A program made the translations under genes and the position numbers. Of a stretch of 24,000 nt of DNA, positions 7,986 through 15,752 are shown one piece after another. A model generated the notes under the pieces. It did no database searches, was not told the DNA's origin, and was given only the letters and a program-made list of their open reading frames with translations. This DNA is from Brevibacillus phage Jenst, in sequence record NC_028805.1; one strand, 5' to 3'. The first letter of the stretch is position 1; the number at the start of each line of letters is the position of its first letter.

Positions 7986-9413
7986 TCATACTCCTTTAAT
8001 TGCCGCCATCGGTTTGCATTCAGCCACAACGCTTGCCAAGTTAGCCCCTACAACAGAATCAATGATTTGATCGACGTTCTTGTATGCTTGCGGGCATTCA
8101 TCCAGAATAGAATCAAGCACCCGATGATTCACAAGGATTTCATCGTCCTGCCCTACGCGCAACGTCTGTGCAAACTCATCAACTGTCACCAGTTCTTTGG
8201 TCGCACGGCGGGAGCGCAATCGCCCTGCCCCGTGACATATGGAGTAAAAATTCTTAGCCCCTTCCTCTTTACCTACCATGATGAACGAACTTGTGCCCAT
8301 AGAGCCGGGAATTAACGCAGGGTGTCCAGTCCCCTTGTATACTTTTGGGTTCAGGAAATGACCCGGAGGAAGAGCACGTGTAGCTCCTTTACGATGTACA
8401 AGCATGGGCTGGTTGCGGTGGAACTCTTTCAATGCATAGTTGTGCATCAGGTCATAAAGCACCTTTGTTTCGCCTTTACTTCCAAAAGTTTCATTCAACG
8501 CCATAGCAACACCATAACCGACCATATGGCGGTTTACAACCGCAAAGTTAAGGGCGGAGTACATTAGGTTGATATATTCCTGCCCGATTTCTGAGCTAAT
8601 CGGAGCATATACAAGGTTTGGGTCTTTTGACTTGACGCCCCATAACTCCATGTGTTCCTTAAACTTCTTGGTAAGGCTTTGGCCGATCTTTCCGCCCCAC
8701 GCACGACTTCCGGAGTGAATCATTACAACTACCTGACCGTCAAATAGTCCCCACTCCTCTGCTGTCGCCCATTGGCTAGGGTAGTTGAGAAGGTCGATAT
8801 ACTGAATCTCGATGAAATGGTTTCCTCCGCCCAATGTACCAAGCTGTCCTGCCGCACGTTTGAAGATGGCTGTAGGCAAGTCATTCAGGTACTTATGGTC
8901 AAAGTCGAATTTAGGATTTTCCACATAGCAAGTGCTGGTGAGTCCAAACGCATCTTTGTACTTGGCAGGGAGACCAAACAGGCCGTCTGTGATTACTTCA
9001 TCAAGGCAAACATCTTCATAGTTGCTGTTTGTACGCTCGTTGGTTGGAACATACTTCTCGATAGCTTTGATCAGCTTACGCTTCAAGTCTTTATCTTTCA
9101 GATCATCCTTGTGAAGTGTAGTCTTCAGGACACGCATGCCACAACCAATGTCAGAACCCACGATAGAGGGTGAAACGAATCCGTCTTTCATGTTCCAGAC
9201 GGCGGTTGTGCCTATGCACGTCCCCACCCCAACGTGAGCATCTGGCGTATAAGACATGTGTATGTTACGCGGTATTGCAAGGTTGTTATTCGCCATGTCG
9301 AAGACCTTATGCTCCAATGTCTGTAAGACCTCATTATTGGCAAATACATGCAAGTCTCCGTGTTGCAGATTAAATGTGTGGTGGTTGTTGCCGTGGCATT
9401 GGTAGTTATTCAT
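7986..9413 (-). CDS. rtcB: RtcB-type RNA ligase (3'-phosphate/2',3'-cyclic phosphate)
   Basis: TPDAHVGVGTCIGTT, VGSDIGCGMRV, GTLGGGNHFIE, VVMIHSGSRAWG, VHRKGATRA, PGSMGTSSFI and ICHGAGRLRSR all match conserved RtcB metal/GMP-site motifs. SD GGGAGAG upstream. Confidence 0.93.
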   Translation of the reverse strand: MNNYQCHGNNHHTFNLQHGDLHVFANNEVLQTLEHKVFDMANNNLAIPRNIHMSYTPDAHVGVGTCIGTTAVWNMKDGFVSPSIVGSDIGCGMRVLKTTLHKDDLKDKDLKRKLIKAIEKYVPTNERTNSNYEDVCLDEVITDGLFGLPAKYKDAFGLTSTCYVENPKFDFDHKYLNDLPTAIFKRAAGQLGTLGGGNHFIEIQYIDLLNYPSQWATAEEWGLFDGQVVVMIHSGSRAWGGKIGQSLTKKFKEHMELWGVKSKDPNLVYAPISSEIGQEYINLMYSALNFAVVNRHMVGYGVAMALNETFGSKGETKVLYDLMHNYALKEFHRNQPMLVHRKGATRALPPGHFLNPKVYKGTGHPALIPGSMGTSSFIMVGKEEGAKNFYSICHGAGRLRSRRATKELVTVDEFAQTLRVGQDDEILVNHRVLDSILDECPQAYKNVDQIIDSVVGANLASVVAECKPMAAIKGV

Positions 9414-9540
9414 TGCTATCTCTCCCTATTTGTCTTTTCACTATATATGGTGGAGATGTCTTACGATAAAGTTGCAACGTCAGTCGTTGTAGCTGTCAGC
9501 TATCTTCCACGCCATTTGATTCCATCCACTGGCATTGCTA

Positions 9541-9804
9541 TCACTTCTTGCCCTCTTCAGGATTTCGTATCGCCTTAATGGCCCTAGACGGTAGAGTTGA
9601 CAGGACAATCTTCAAAATGCCTTCCTCTAAATCATCCAGTTTCTCCTTGATATTATTAGCACGTCTTTCATCAGGAGCAGAAGAATATTTCTCTTCCTTC
9701 AGACGCTCGATCTCAAGCAGAGCCAAACGGTAGCGAATCTTTTCCCTGCCCAACTCTCTATACAAACCTTCAATTTCAGTAGCCAACCGCTCTTCCTTAA
9801 TCAT
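9541..9804 (-). CDS. hypothetical protein, 87 aa, predicted coiled coil
   Basis: ORF following promoter P2. Charged helical sequence (ELGREKIRYRLALLEIERLKEEK). Confidence 0.6.
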   Translation of the reverse strand: MIKEERLATEIEGLYRELGREKIRYRLALLEIERLKEEKYSSAPDERRANNIKEKLDDLEEGILKIVLSTLPSRAIKAIRNPEEGKK

Positions 9805-9837
9805 CGTGTTCCCTCCCGTTGCTTACACCTTATTATT

Positions 9838-9872
9838 ATTATAATACCCGTTTTAGGGTATTGTAAACACCC
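9838..9872 (-). promoter_or_regulatory. palindromic promoter P2 (minus)
   Basis: GGGTATTGTAAACACCC at 9856-9872, one mismatch to a perfect dyad. TTTACA, 18 bp, TATAAT (9838-9843). It precedes the 9541..9804 ORF and rtcB. Confidence 0.7.
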
Positions 9873-9881
9873 TACGTAAGA

Positions 9882-9906
9882 GGGCGGCTATGAAGCCTTG
9901 CCGCCC
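9882..9906 (-). terminator. hairpin spanning the stop of the SNF2-like gene
   Basis: GGGCGGC(9882-9888)...GCCGCCC(9900-9906) with an 11-nt loop. There is no long U-tract, so terminator function is uncertain. Confidence 0.4.
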
Positions 9907-11594
9907 AAAATGTTCAGGATTTCTCCGGTACTCATCGGAGTCTCAACCATCGCATTGATAGTGAATTGTTTGTCGCCAAGCAGTTCCTCTACCTTCTCGT
10001 CAATGGTATCCTTGCTAATCAATGACCAAACGGTGATAGATTGGTGAACCTGCGCCCCGTAACGCCAACAACGCCCGATACATTGTGAGAGGTATGCAGG
10101 AGACCACGGTTTGCTTGTAAAGATGACGTGATTCCCACTTGTACCTGTCCATCCCTCACGGGCGGCGGCTTCACAACAAAGGATGATCTTGCAGGATTCA
10201 TCGTTTTGGAACTTGTCAACCTGTGCCTGCCTATCAGAAACTTCTTGATTCTTGCGGGCTTGGGATGACACATCTCCTGTCATGATTGCAGGGTTATACT
10301 TTTTGAAATAATTCTGCATGATATGAATGAAACGCTTAGAACGGGAGAAGATGACTGCTTTCTCGCCACGTGATACAATTTCTTCCAAAAGAGTTTCCAG
10401 TTCAGCAAGTTTCCCGCTACCCTTCTTGCCCTTCTCCCCTCCGACAATCTCCACGGACTCCGCAATCTGACTGAGACGTGCGAACGAACTAAGCTGTGTC
10501 GGAATGTCATCGAAGTCCAGATCATCGAAGTCAATTCCTTCAAAGTCACCGGATTCAATCTGCTTGTACAGTTTACGTTGAGCGGGTGTCATTTCGCAAT
10601 AGATATACTTATTGACAACAGGCGGCAAGTCCTTCAGCACGTCCTGCTTAAGCCTACGGAGCATGTTAGCTTGGAGCATAACCTTGACTTCCCCTACATT
10701 CTTGTACTTCTCCACCTTACCATAGCCGTTCAAGTCACAATACTTGTTTCTGAATTGGAAGAAGTTCAGTGTTGTAATACCTAACCACGCAAGCAAATTG
10801 TACATGTCGATAATCTCATTGATGATGGGTGTAGCTGTGATAGCGTACCGTTGTCTACTTTCGATTGCATGTATAAGCTTACCGGCTTGCGACTCCAGTG
10901 ATTTCACCTTGTGGAACTCATCACCGTACATAACATCAAAAGGTTTAGACTTATTGAACTGGATGAATTGCTGAATGTCCTGCCTAAACAACTCATAGGA
11001 CACGACAACTAGGTCACAGCAATCAGTGTTTTCCAAGTCAGCATACATCTGCGCTCGTTGCTTTTGTGTACCGGAAATAACCTTCACCCGCAGATTCGTA
11101 AAAACCTTTGCCTGATTCAACACGTCATAGGTCAGGGCCGCCTTGGTCACGTACAGTCCCCATTTGATAAGCCCGTACTGAATCTTGGCCTCATGACTAC
11201 ACAGAATAGGCGGTGTCTTACCAACACCCTCTTGGTCACTGATAACCATTTTATCCCGTGACATAAGAAGGTTAAAGGCTTGTACTTGGTGCGGGCGAAG
11301 AGGTGTCTTGGGTGTAAAAGGGATGCAATACTCTTCCGATATATCGGACGTGTCAATCCCCTTCACCAAAGACCCCATAGAGTCTTCTTCACCTTTCCAC
11401 ACAACCATTTCATTCACGGTCTTGTACTTCAGCTCTTCAGCTTTATAGAAAGGTAGTCCGTATACCATCGGCTCACGGTCATTGAACCAACCCTCGATAG
11501 AGGTAATAATGCCTACCAGTTCAGGACTAAGTGTCCGCACGTAAAGCCGAAGGTATTCCACCCCATCATAAGTGACTTTGGTTACTTCAAGCAT
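9888..11594 (-). CDS. SNF2/SF2-family DNA helicase
   Basis: LRPHQVQAFNLLM, Walker A-like DQEGVGKTPPILC, DEFH (VMYGDEFHKVKS), YAITATPIINEI, KAVIFSRSKRFIHIM and QCIGRCWRYGA. The listed start is 11642. The ATG at 11594 follows AAAGGAGG with optimal spacing. Confidence 0.87.
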   Translation of the reverse strand: MLEVTKVTYDGVEYLRLYVRTLSPELVGIITSIEGWFNDREPMVYGLPFYKAEELKYKTVNEMVVWKGEEDSMGSLVKGIDTSDISEEYCIPFTPKTPLRPHQVQAFNLLMSRDKMVISDQEGVGKTPPILCSHEAKIQYGLIKWGLYVTKAALTYDVLNQAKVFTNLRVKVISGTQKQRAQMYADLENTDCCDLVVVSYELFRQDIQQFIQFNKSKPFDVMYGDEFHKVKSLESQAGKLIHAIESRQRYAITATPIINEIIDMYNLLAWLGITTLNFFQFRNKYCDLNGYGKVEKYKNVGEVKVMLQANMLRRLKQDVLKDLPPVVNKYIYCEMTPAQRKLYKQIESGDFEGIDFDDLDFDDIPTQLSSFARLSQIAESVEIVGGEKGKKGSGKLAELETLLEEIVSRGEKAVIFSRSKRFIHIMQNYFKKYNPAIMTGDVSSQARKNQEVSDRQAQVDKFQNDESCKIILCCEAAAREGWTGTSGNHVIFTSKPWSPAYLSQCIGRCWRYGAQVHQSITVWSLISKDTIDEKVEELLGDKQFTINAMVETPMSTGEILNILGGKAS

Positions 11595-12120
11595 TCGCCC
11601 TACCTCCTTTGTAATGGTATCCCTTTTCCCTAAGATACTCAATGACAGTTAGGTTTCGTTTCCTAGCCTGATAAGCAATAGCCTGATACAGCTTGCTTTT
11701 CCTGCCTAACTCGCCTAATACGCCGTTCTCTGCTCTCTGCTCAACTCTGCTCAATAACTCATCTTCCGTCAGCGTCTTGTCATAGGTGACGGACAATCCC
11801 CATCCGGTCAATATTTCCGCAGGTGTTCCGTATTCACATAGCTTCTTATAGTACGTCCGGTGATTCGCCTTTAAGTCGGACAAGTTAACTGTTGTCCCGA
11901 ACTTCAATTGAAGCCTACGCTTGAACTGCATCTCTTCATCATCTACACAGTAAGGAACAAGTAACTCATACCGACTGCCTATGTTCTTTAAGGACCGCCT
12001 AATGAGTGGTTGCAGTCGAACGTCCTTCACAAGTCGCCTAAGTGCAGGGTCAGTTACCTTGCTTACATGCACAACGCCATTAACAGCGTAAGGAATTAGT
12101 CGCATAGCAGTATGTTTCAT
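11587..12120 (-). CDS. hypothetical protein, 177 aa
   Basis: ORF overlapping the corrected SNF2 start by 8 nt. Basic and helical. No recognised family. Confidence 0.65.
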   Translation of the reverse strand: MKHTAMRLIPYAVNGVVHVSKVTDPALRRLVKDVRLQPLIRRSLKNIGSRYELLVPYCVDDEEMQFKRRLQLKFGTTVNLSDLKANHRTYYKKLCEYGTPAEILTGWGLSVTYDKTLTEDELLSRVEQRAENGVLGELGRKSKLYQAIAYQARKRNLTVIEYLREKGYHYKGGRANA

Positions 12121-12407
12121 TATTTAACTTCTGCAAGGTAAATTTCTTTAGAGTGGTTAAGTGCTACTTCAATCATCTGACTGACTTCCGATTCCGTCAT
12201 CCCGTGGCTCTTGAGTGTGGCCATGTAAGCAACAACCGTGTTATGAAGGGCGGCGGTCAAGGTGTTCAAGTCAAACACGCCGATAAGGACATCGTCCACG
12301 TCAACCGAACTATCTTCATTCTCTTGAACGACGAACGAACCAGCGATGCCCTTCCCCTCCATAACCACCGTTTCTTGGCCGTCTGTCTCAATTGTGACTT
12401 TTACCAT
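12120..12407 (-). CDS. hypothetical protein, 95 aa
   Basis: ORF coupled to the next by 1-nt overlap. Confidence 0.6.
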   Translation of the reverse strand: MVKVTIETDGQETVVMEGKGIAGSFVVQENEDSSVDVDDVLIGVFDLNTLTAALHNTVVAYMATLKSHGMTESEVSQMIEVALNHSKEIYLAEVK

Positions 12408-12470
12408 TCTGATTTCACTCCTTCCATGTCTCTCAAGATTTATGGTCGTTCCATGTATGTAATAAGTTGC

Positions 12471-12764
12471 TCAGTTACAGAATCCTTCTGATTCCAGAGC
12501 CTGCACTACAGGGTCAGTCATCTCAAACACTATGTAGTAATCAAATTTAACATCGCTTACTTCTTTAACGATCACCTCAGCACCATTACGTTCTGCCCAT
12601 ATACTTAACTTTTCAAAATCATCGTAAATACCGTAATTGGGTCGGTATCTGTTTACACCTACCAGCTTATAGGTGTAAAGACCAGTGCAACGGACATTCT
12701 CTGCAATATCTCTTATGTATTTAGGAATAACAGCCTTCCCGTTAGCCCACAGTTTATTTGCCAT
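12471..12764 (-). CDS. hypothetical protein, 97 aa
   Basis: Intact ORF in a co-directional gene cluster. Confidence 0.6.
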   Translation of the reverse strand: MANKLWANGKAVIPKYIRDIAENVRCTGLYTYKLVGVNRYRPNYGIYDDFEKLSIWAERNGAEVIVKEVSDVKFDYYIVFEMTDPVVQALESEGFCN

Positions 12765-12788
12765 GTACTCCGCCCCCGTTTATGTATT

Positions 12789-12804
12789 CCCGCCCGAAGG
12801 CGGG
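12789..12804 (-). terminator. UUCG-loop hairpin
   Basis: Minus strand CCCGCC-TTCG-GGCGGG, between ORFs 12834..13238 and 12471..12764. No U-tract, so it may be partial termination or mRNA stabilisation. Confidence 0.45.
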
Positions 12805-12833
12805 GAGATATGTGATTTACGTTTTGTCAAACA

Positions 12834-13238
12834 TTACTCACCCACCACCTTTACGCCTAATGCTTTCAGCCTCTTAATCCACTTTCCATACTCACCTTGC
12901 GTCCAAGTGAATAATTCAATTGCACTCCTGACCTCTTCGTCCGTCATATCCCGTAGATTACCTTCTTCATCAGACACACTTACAACAAAATCACCGGCAA
13001 TGATCTCGTATATCTCATCTTCATTCCAAAGCGGGCGATTGTACGGAAGCCCGATTATCTTTCCTTCTTCATTGCAGATCAGGTAAAATCCTCGGTAGCG
13101 TACAAGCTCTATGTAGCCACCGACAATTGCTTGCAATTTGCTAAGATCATTACTAATAATCTTGACGTATGGTACAAGATTGTCGTGCTCTACCACAACT
13201 ACTCGAATTGTTTTATGCATCACATTACATCCTCTCAT
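12834..13238 (-). CDS. hypothetical acidic protein, 134 aa
   Basis: ORF just downstream of promoter P3, acidic composition. GAGAGGATG provides the SD. Confidence 0.65.
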   Translation of the reverse strand: MRGCNVMHKTIRVVVVEHDNLVPYVKIISNDLSKLQAIVGGYIELVRYRGFYLICNEEGKIIGLPYNRPLWNEDEIYEIIAGDFVVSVSDEEGNLRDMTDEEVRSAIELFTWTQGEYGKWIKRLKALGVKVVGE

Positions 13239-13260
13239 CCAGCTTTCCTTTACAACACAG

Positions 13261-13295
13261 ATTATATCACATGTTTTGGGGTATTGTAAATACCC
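13261..13295 (-). promoter_or_regulatory. palindromic promoter P3 (minus)
   Basis: GGGTATTGTAAATACCC at 13279-13295 (GGGTATT-N3-AATACCC). TTTACA (13285-13290), 18 bp, TATAAT (13261-13266), with AAACATG in the spacer. Confidence 0.78.
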
Positions 13296-13297
13296 TT

Positions 13298-13318
13298 AAA
13301 AAGAAGCCCGAAGGGCTT
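13298..13318 (-). terminator. rho-independent terminator
   Basis: Minus strand AAGCCC-TTC-GGGCTT-CTTTTT, immediately upstream of P3. Confidence 0.75.
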
Positions 13319-13369
13319 ATATTTGGTAAAATTTCAACAATAACTTTGTAAATACCCTTATTTCGCCTG

Positions 13370-13654
13370 TTAGATTTTCTTAGCTATCACTTCGGACTTG
13401 CCCTTAGCAATACCGTGGGCCACAGAGTCTATAAGCAGGTTATGTATGTCTTCGAAATTTGCAGATGTGTTCTTGAACAAAAATACCGTAATAGCCTGAG
13501 AAAGCGCTGATACGCATTGTTCAATTTCCTCAGTATCTGGCGATACCGCCATTATAGTGTTGAACTCCTTTTTGTTACCTTCAATCTTCAAAGTGACAGC
13601 TATGAGACCGTCAGTATTTTCGTTAAGCCACTCTTCTGTTTGCTTCTCATTCAT
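13370..13654 (-). CDS. hypothetical protein, 94 aa
   Basis: ORF overlapping the preceding ORF by 1 nt, followed by a terminator. Confidence 0.6.
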   Translation of the reverse strand: MNEKQTEEWLNENTDGLIAVTLKIEGNKKEFNTIMAVSPDTEEIEQCVSALSQAITVFLFKNTSANFEDIHNLLIDSVAHGIAKGKSEVIAKKI

Positions 13655-14091
13655 TAATCTCGCCCTCCTTGATAATATTCTGTTGGGTCAAGTCCAATAT
13701 CACGTAAGGAGTTCAACTGAATACTGAAGTTATGCTCAAGCCTAGCACCGAACCGCCTAATGAAGTCTTTTATTTCAACTTCACGGCTTGGTGCTTCCTG
13801 TACAACCTCACGTACTGTAGGGTGGGCGGTAGCAGTAGCGAACAGTGAAATGGTCTTTGGTCTTCCCTGTTCGTCACGCTCAGGCATGGGACTTAACATG
13901 AGTTCCATTTCACTGTCCATGCTTTCCAGTACCCTACCTACCCCTTCAGTGCAAAAGTACAGGACGCCTTTTGTTCCTTCAACGATTACCAGTTCATGCT
14001 GAAGGTGAGTAGTTAGTTGTCGTTCATTCTGCTTCAGGTTGGAGTCCTCAACCATCTTACGGATATCGTATGCTTTCAATGTTTTAACCAT
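13654..14091 (-). CDS. hypothetical protein
   Basis: Listed start 14118. MVKTLKAYD at 14091 follows GGGGAGG with good spacing. Confidence 0.6.
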   Translation of the reverse strand: MVKTLKAYDIRKMVEDSNLKQNERQLTTHLQHELVIVEGTKGVLYFCTEGVGRVLESMDSEMELMLSPMPERDEQGRPKTISLFATATAHPTVREVVQEAPSREVEIKDFIRRFGARLEHNFSIQLNSLRDIGLDPTEYYQGGRD

Positions 14092-14092
14092 C

Positions 14093-14332
14093 TTAAACGT
14101 CCTCCCCTTTAATTTCATTTATGTACAACGTGTGACCATCGAATGTGACGGACATTTTGCCATCCTCACCGTGAACGACTTCGAGCCATGCCGACTTACT
14201 ACCGTCAGCGTACCGGACACTTACTTCATCCTTAAAACTGTTGGGGTCGGAGTAGAGGGAGATACATTCTACCCTCTTTCCATCGACCTCCCAATACCCG
14301 ATAATACGCCTTGCCCCAAAGTTTGTTATCAT
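14093..14332 (-). CDS. hypothetical protein, 79 aa
   Basis: Intact co-directional ORF with GAGGTGG upstream. Confidence 0.6.
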   Translation of the reverse strand: MITNFGARRIIGYWEVDGKRVECISLYSDPNSFKDEVSVRYADGSKSAWLEVVHGEDGKMSVTFDGHTLYINEIKGEDV

Positions 14333-14333
14333 A

Positions 14334-14834
14334 TTATACCACCTCGCAAATGGATTTTGGCGTACTTGTGTGCCTAATCATCTTTGCCGCGTTATTTTCA
14401 CATATAGTCGTTGCGATCAGGAAAGTCATGACGGTAGAAGGCGTGGGATTAGTGCCTTTACTTAGACGACGAACTTCCATGTACAACTCGTCTTTGTACA
14501 ACTTTGCATTCGTGATATAATTGTCATTATTGTTCGCCCGCCAGTGCAGTTTCAGGATGTCGCCCACTCTAATAAGTCTTGCTATAGTTTCCCATGTCGC
14601 TTCATAAAGAGCGGCAGAAAGTACATAGTCAGCCCCACGAATTTCTCCTAGACCGTAACGAAAACCTGACACCTTAGTGTAACATTTAATTACATGCTCT
14701 ATTTCATCCTTCATAATCGCTTTGATTTCAGATTGACCGTCAGGTTTCAGAAAAAACACAATATCTTTCCCTTTTCGTAAGGCATTGACATCTCCTTTAG
14801 TGAGTTGATGTCCAATCTTATCATGAATGTCCAT
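14334..14834 (-). CDS. hypothetical protein, 166 aa
   Basis: Intact ORF with GGGAGGGG upstream, downstream of promoter P4. Confidence 0.6.
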   Translation of the reverse strand: MDIHDKIGHQLTKGDVNALRKGKDIVFFLKPDGQSEIKAIMKDEIEHVIKCYTKVSGFRYGLGEIRGADYVLSAALYEATWETIARLIRVGDILKLHWRANNNDNYITNAKLYKDELYMEVRRLSKGTNPTPSTVMTFLIATTICENNAAKMIRHTSTPKSICEVV

Positions 14835-14867
14835 TATGCATACCCCTCCCTAACCGATATAAACAAT

Positions 14868-14904
14868 TTTATACTATGGTTAGGGGTATTGTCAATACCC
14901 CTAA
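14868..14904 (-). promoter_or_regulatory. palindromic promoter P4 (minus)
   Basis: Perfect 25-bp palindrome TTAGGGGTATTG-T-CAATACCCCTAA at 14880-14904. TTGACA (14890-14895), 16 bp, TATAAA (14868-14873). Confidence 0.78.
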
Positions 14905-14929
14905 ATGTGATGGGGTACGAATGATACCC

Positions 14930-15229
14930 CTATTTCCCTTTGTATTCAGGATTAGGAACAAGGCGAAATACATCTTCCACTGCCACACCAAGCCACTCAC
15001 ATACCTTAATGGCTGTAGGCAAGGATGGTTGTGTTTTATTGCGCCTCATAAGATTGATTGTATCAGGTTGCACGCTACAGTATTCTGCCAGTTCTGTTTC
15101 AAGGTCTAACAAACTTGGGCGGCTACTACCGTACACATTTGTTACACGCCGCGCCTGTTCCATCATTAAAAAACGTGTTAATTCATTGTTAGTCTTATAC
15201 GGCAACGGAAGCCTTGCCAATCTAAACAA
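14930..15229 (-). CDS. XRE/Cro-like helix-turn-helix regulator
   Basis: LETELAEYCSVQPDTINLMRRNKTQPSLPTAIKVCEWLGVAVEDVFRLV fits an XRE HTH layout. The start codon appears to be TTG with GATAGGGG upstream. Confidence 0.65.
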   Translation of the reverse strand: MFRLARLPLPYKTNNELTRFLMMEQARRVTNVYGSSRPSLLDLETELAEYCSVQPDTINLMRRNKTQPSLPTAIKVCEWLGVAVEDVFRLVPNPEYKGK

Positions 15230-15235
15230 CCCCTA

Positions 15236-15688
15236 TCAAGTAAAAGTATCATACACCTTACTATTTTGAAATGTTTTGCGGATCACTTCTTCAATTCCCC
15301 ACGAACTACAGTAGGAATAGAAGTGCATTACTTGGTCAATTTGTTTGTCATACATATCAACTGCAAAAGCCGCCTGTAACTCACCGTTCAGGTCAGTACC
15401 AATAATAACTACTTTGTCATTATCTTTTAGCGTGCTAATCAACTCGTCAGTCATTCCCTCAATCGTGCCGCCTAACAAGAAGTAAGCCATCACCTTGTCT
15501 TCCGTATCCTTCAGCACTGTGAGATATAAACCTCCCGGAGTATCGCCGCCAGTCATCGAAACGAACCCAACCTTGACAGGTTGAATGTAGTCACCTCGAT
15601 CATTAGTCCACTCAGGAAAAAAAGCACGTGTACCTTTTATCTTGTGATTAGTAGCCGCCAAAATCGCATTCTGCACAAACTTATTCAT
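15236..15688 (-). CDS. hypothetical protein, about 150 aa
   Basis: Listed start 15745 lies upstream of promoter P5. ATG at 15688 (MNKFVQNAIL) follows AGAGGAG and is downstream of the -10. Confidence 0.65.
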   Translation of the reverse strand: MNKFVQNAILAATNHKIKGTRAFFPEWTNDRGDYIQPVKVGFVSMTGGDTPGGLYLTVLKDTEDKVMAYFLLGGTIEGMTDELISTLKDNDKVVIIGTDLNGELQAAFAVDMYDKQIDQVMHFYSYCSSWGIEEVIRKTFQNSKVYDTFT

Positions 15689-15706
15689 AAGACCATCTCC
15701 TCTAAT

Positions 15707-15740
15707 ATTATAAGCCGCCCGATGGGGTATTGTCAATAAC
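15707..15740 (-). promoter_or_regulatory. palindromic promoter P5 (minus), half-degenerate operator
   Basis: GGGGTATTGTCAATAac. TTGACA (15731-15736), 18 bp, TATAAT (15707-15712). Confidence 0.68.
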
Positions 15741-15752
15741 GTCAACCACCCC

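Noticed and set aside
7983-9373. Plus-strand ORFs 7983..8315, 8322..8567, 8772..9173, 9170..9373
   Set aside because: Antisense to the well-supported rtcB gene, with no matching SD or family features.
7986-9413. Reading rtcB and neighbouring small genes as a defence or toxin-antitoxin island
   Set aside because: No recognisable nuclease, toxin or immunity partner. The small neighbours have no family signal, so only the RNA-repair hypothesis is retained.
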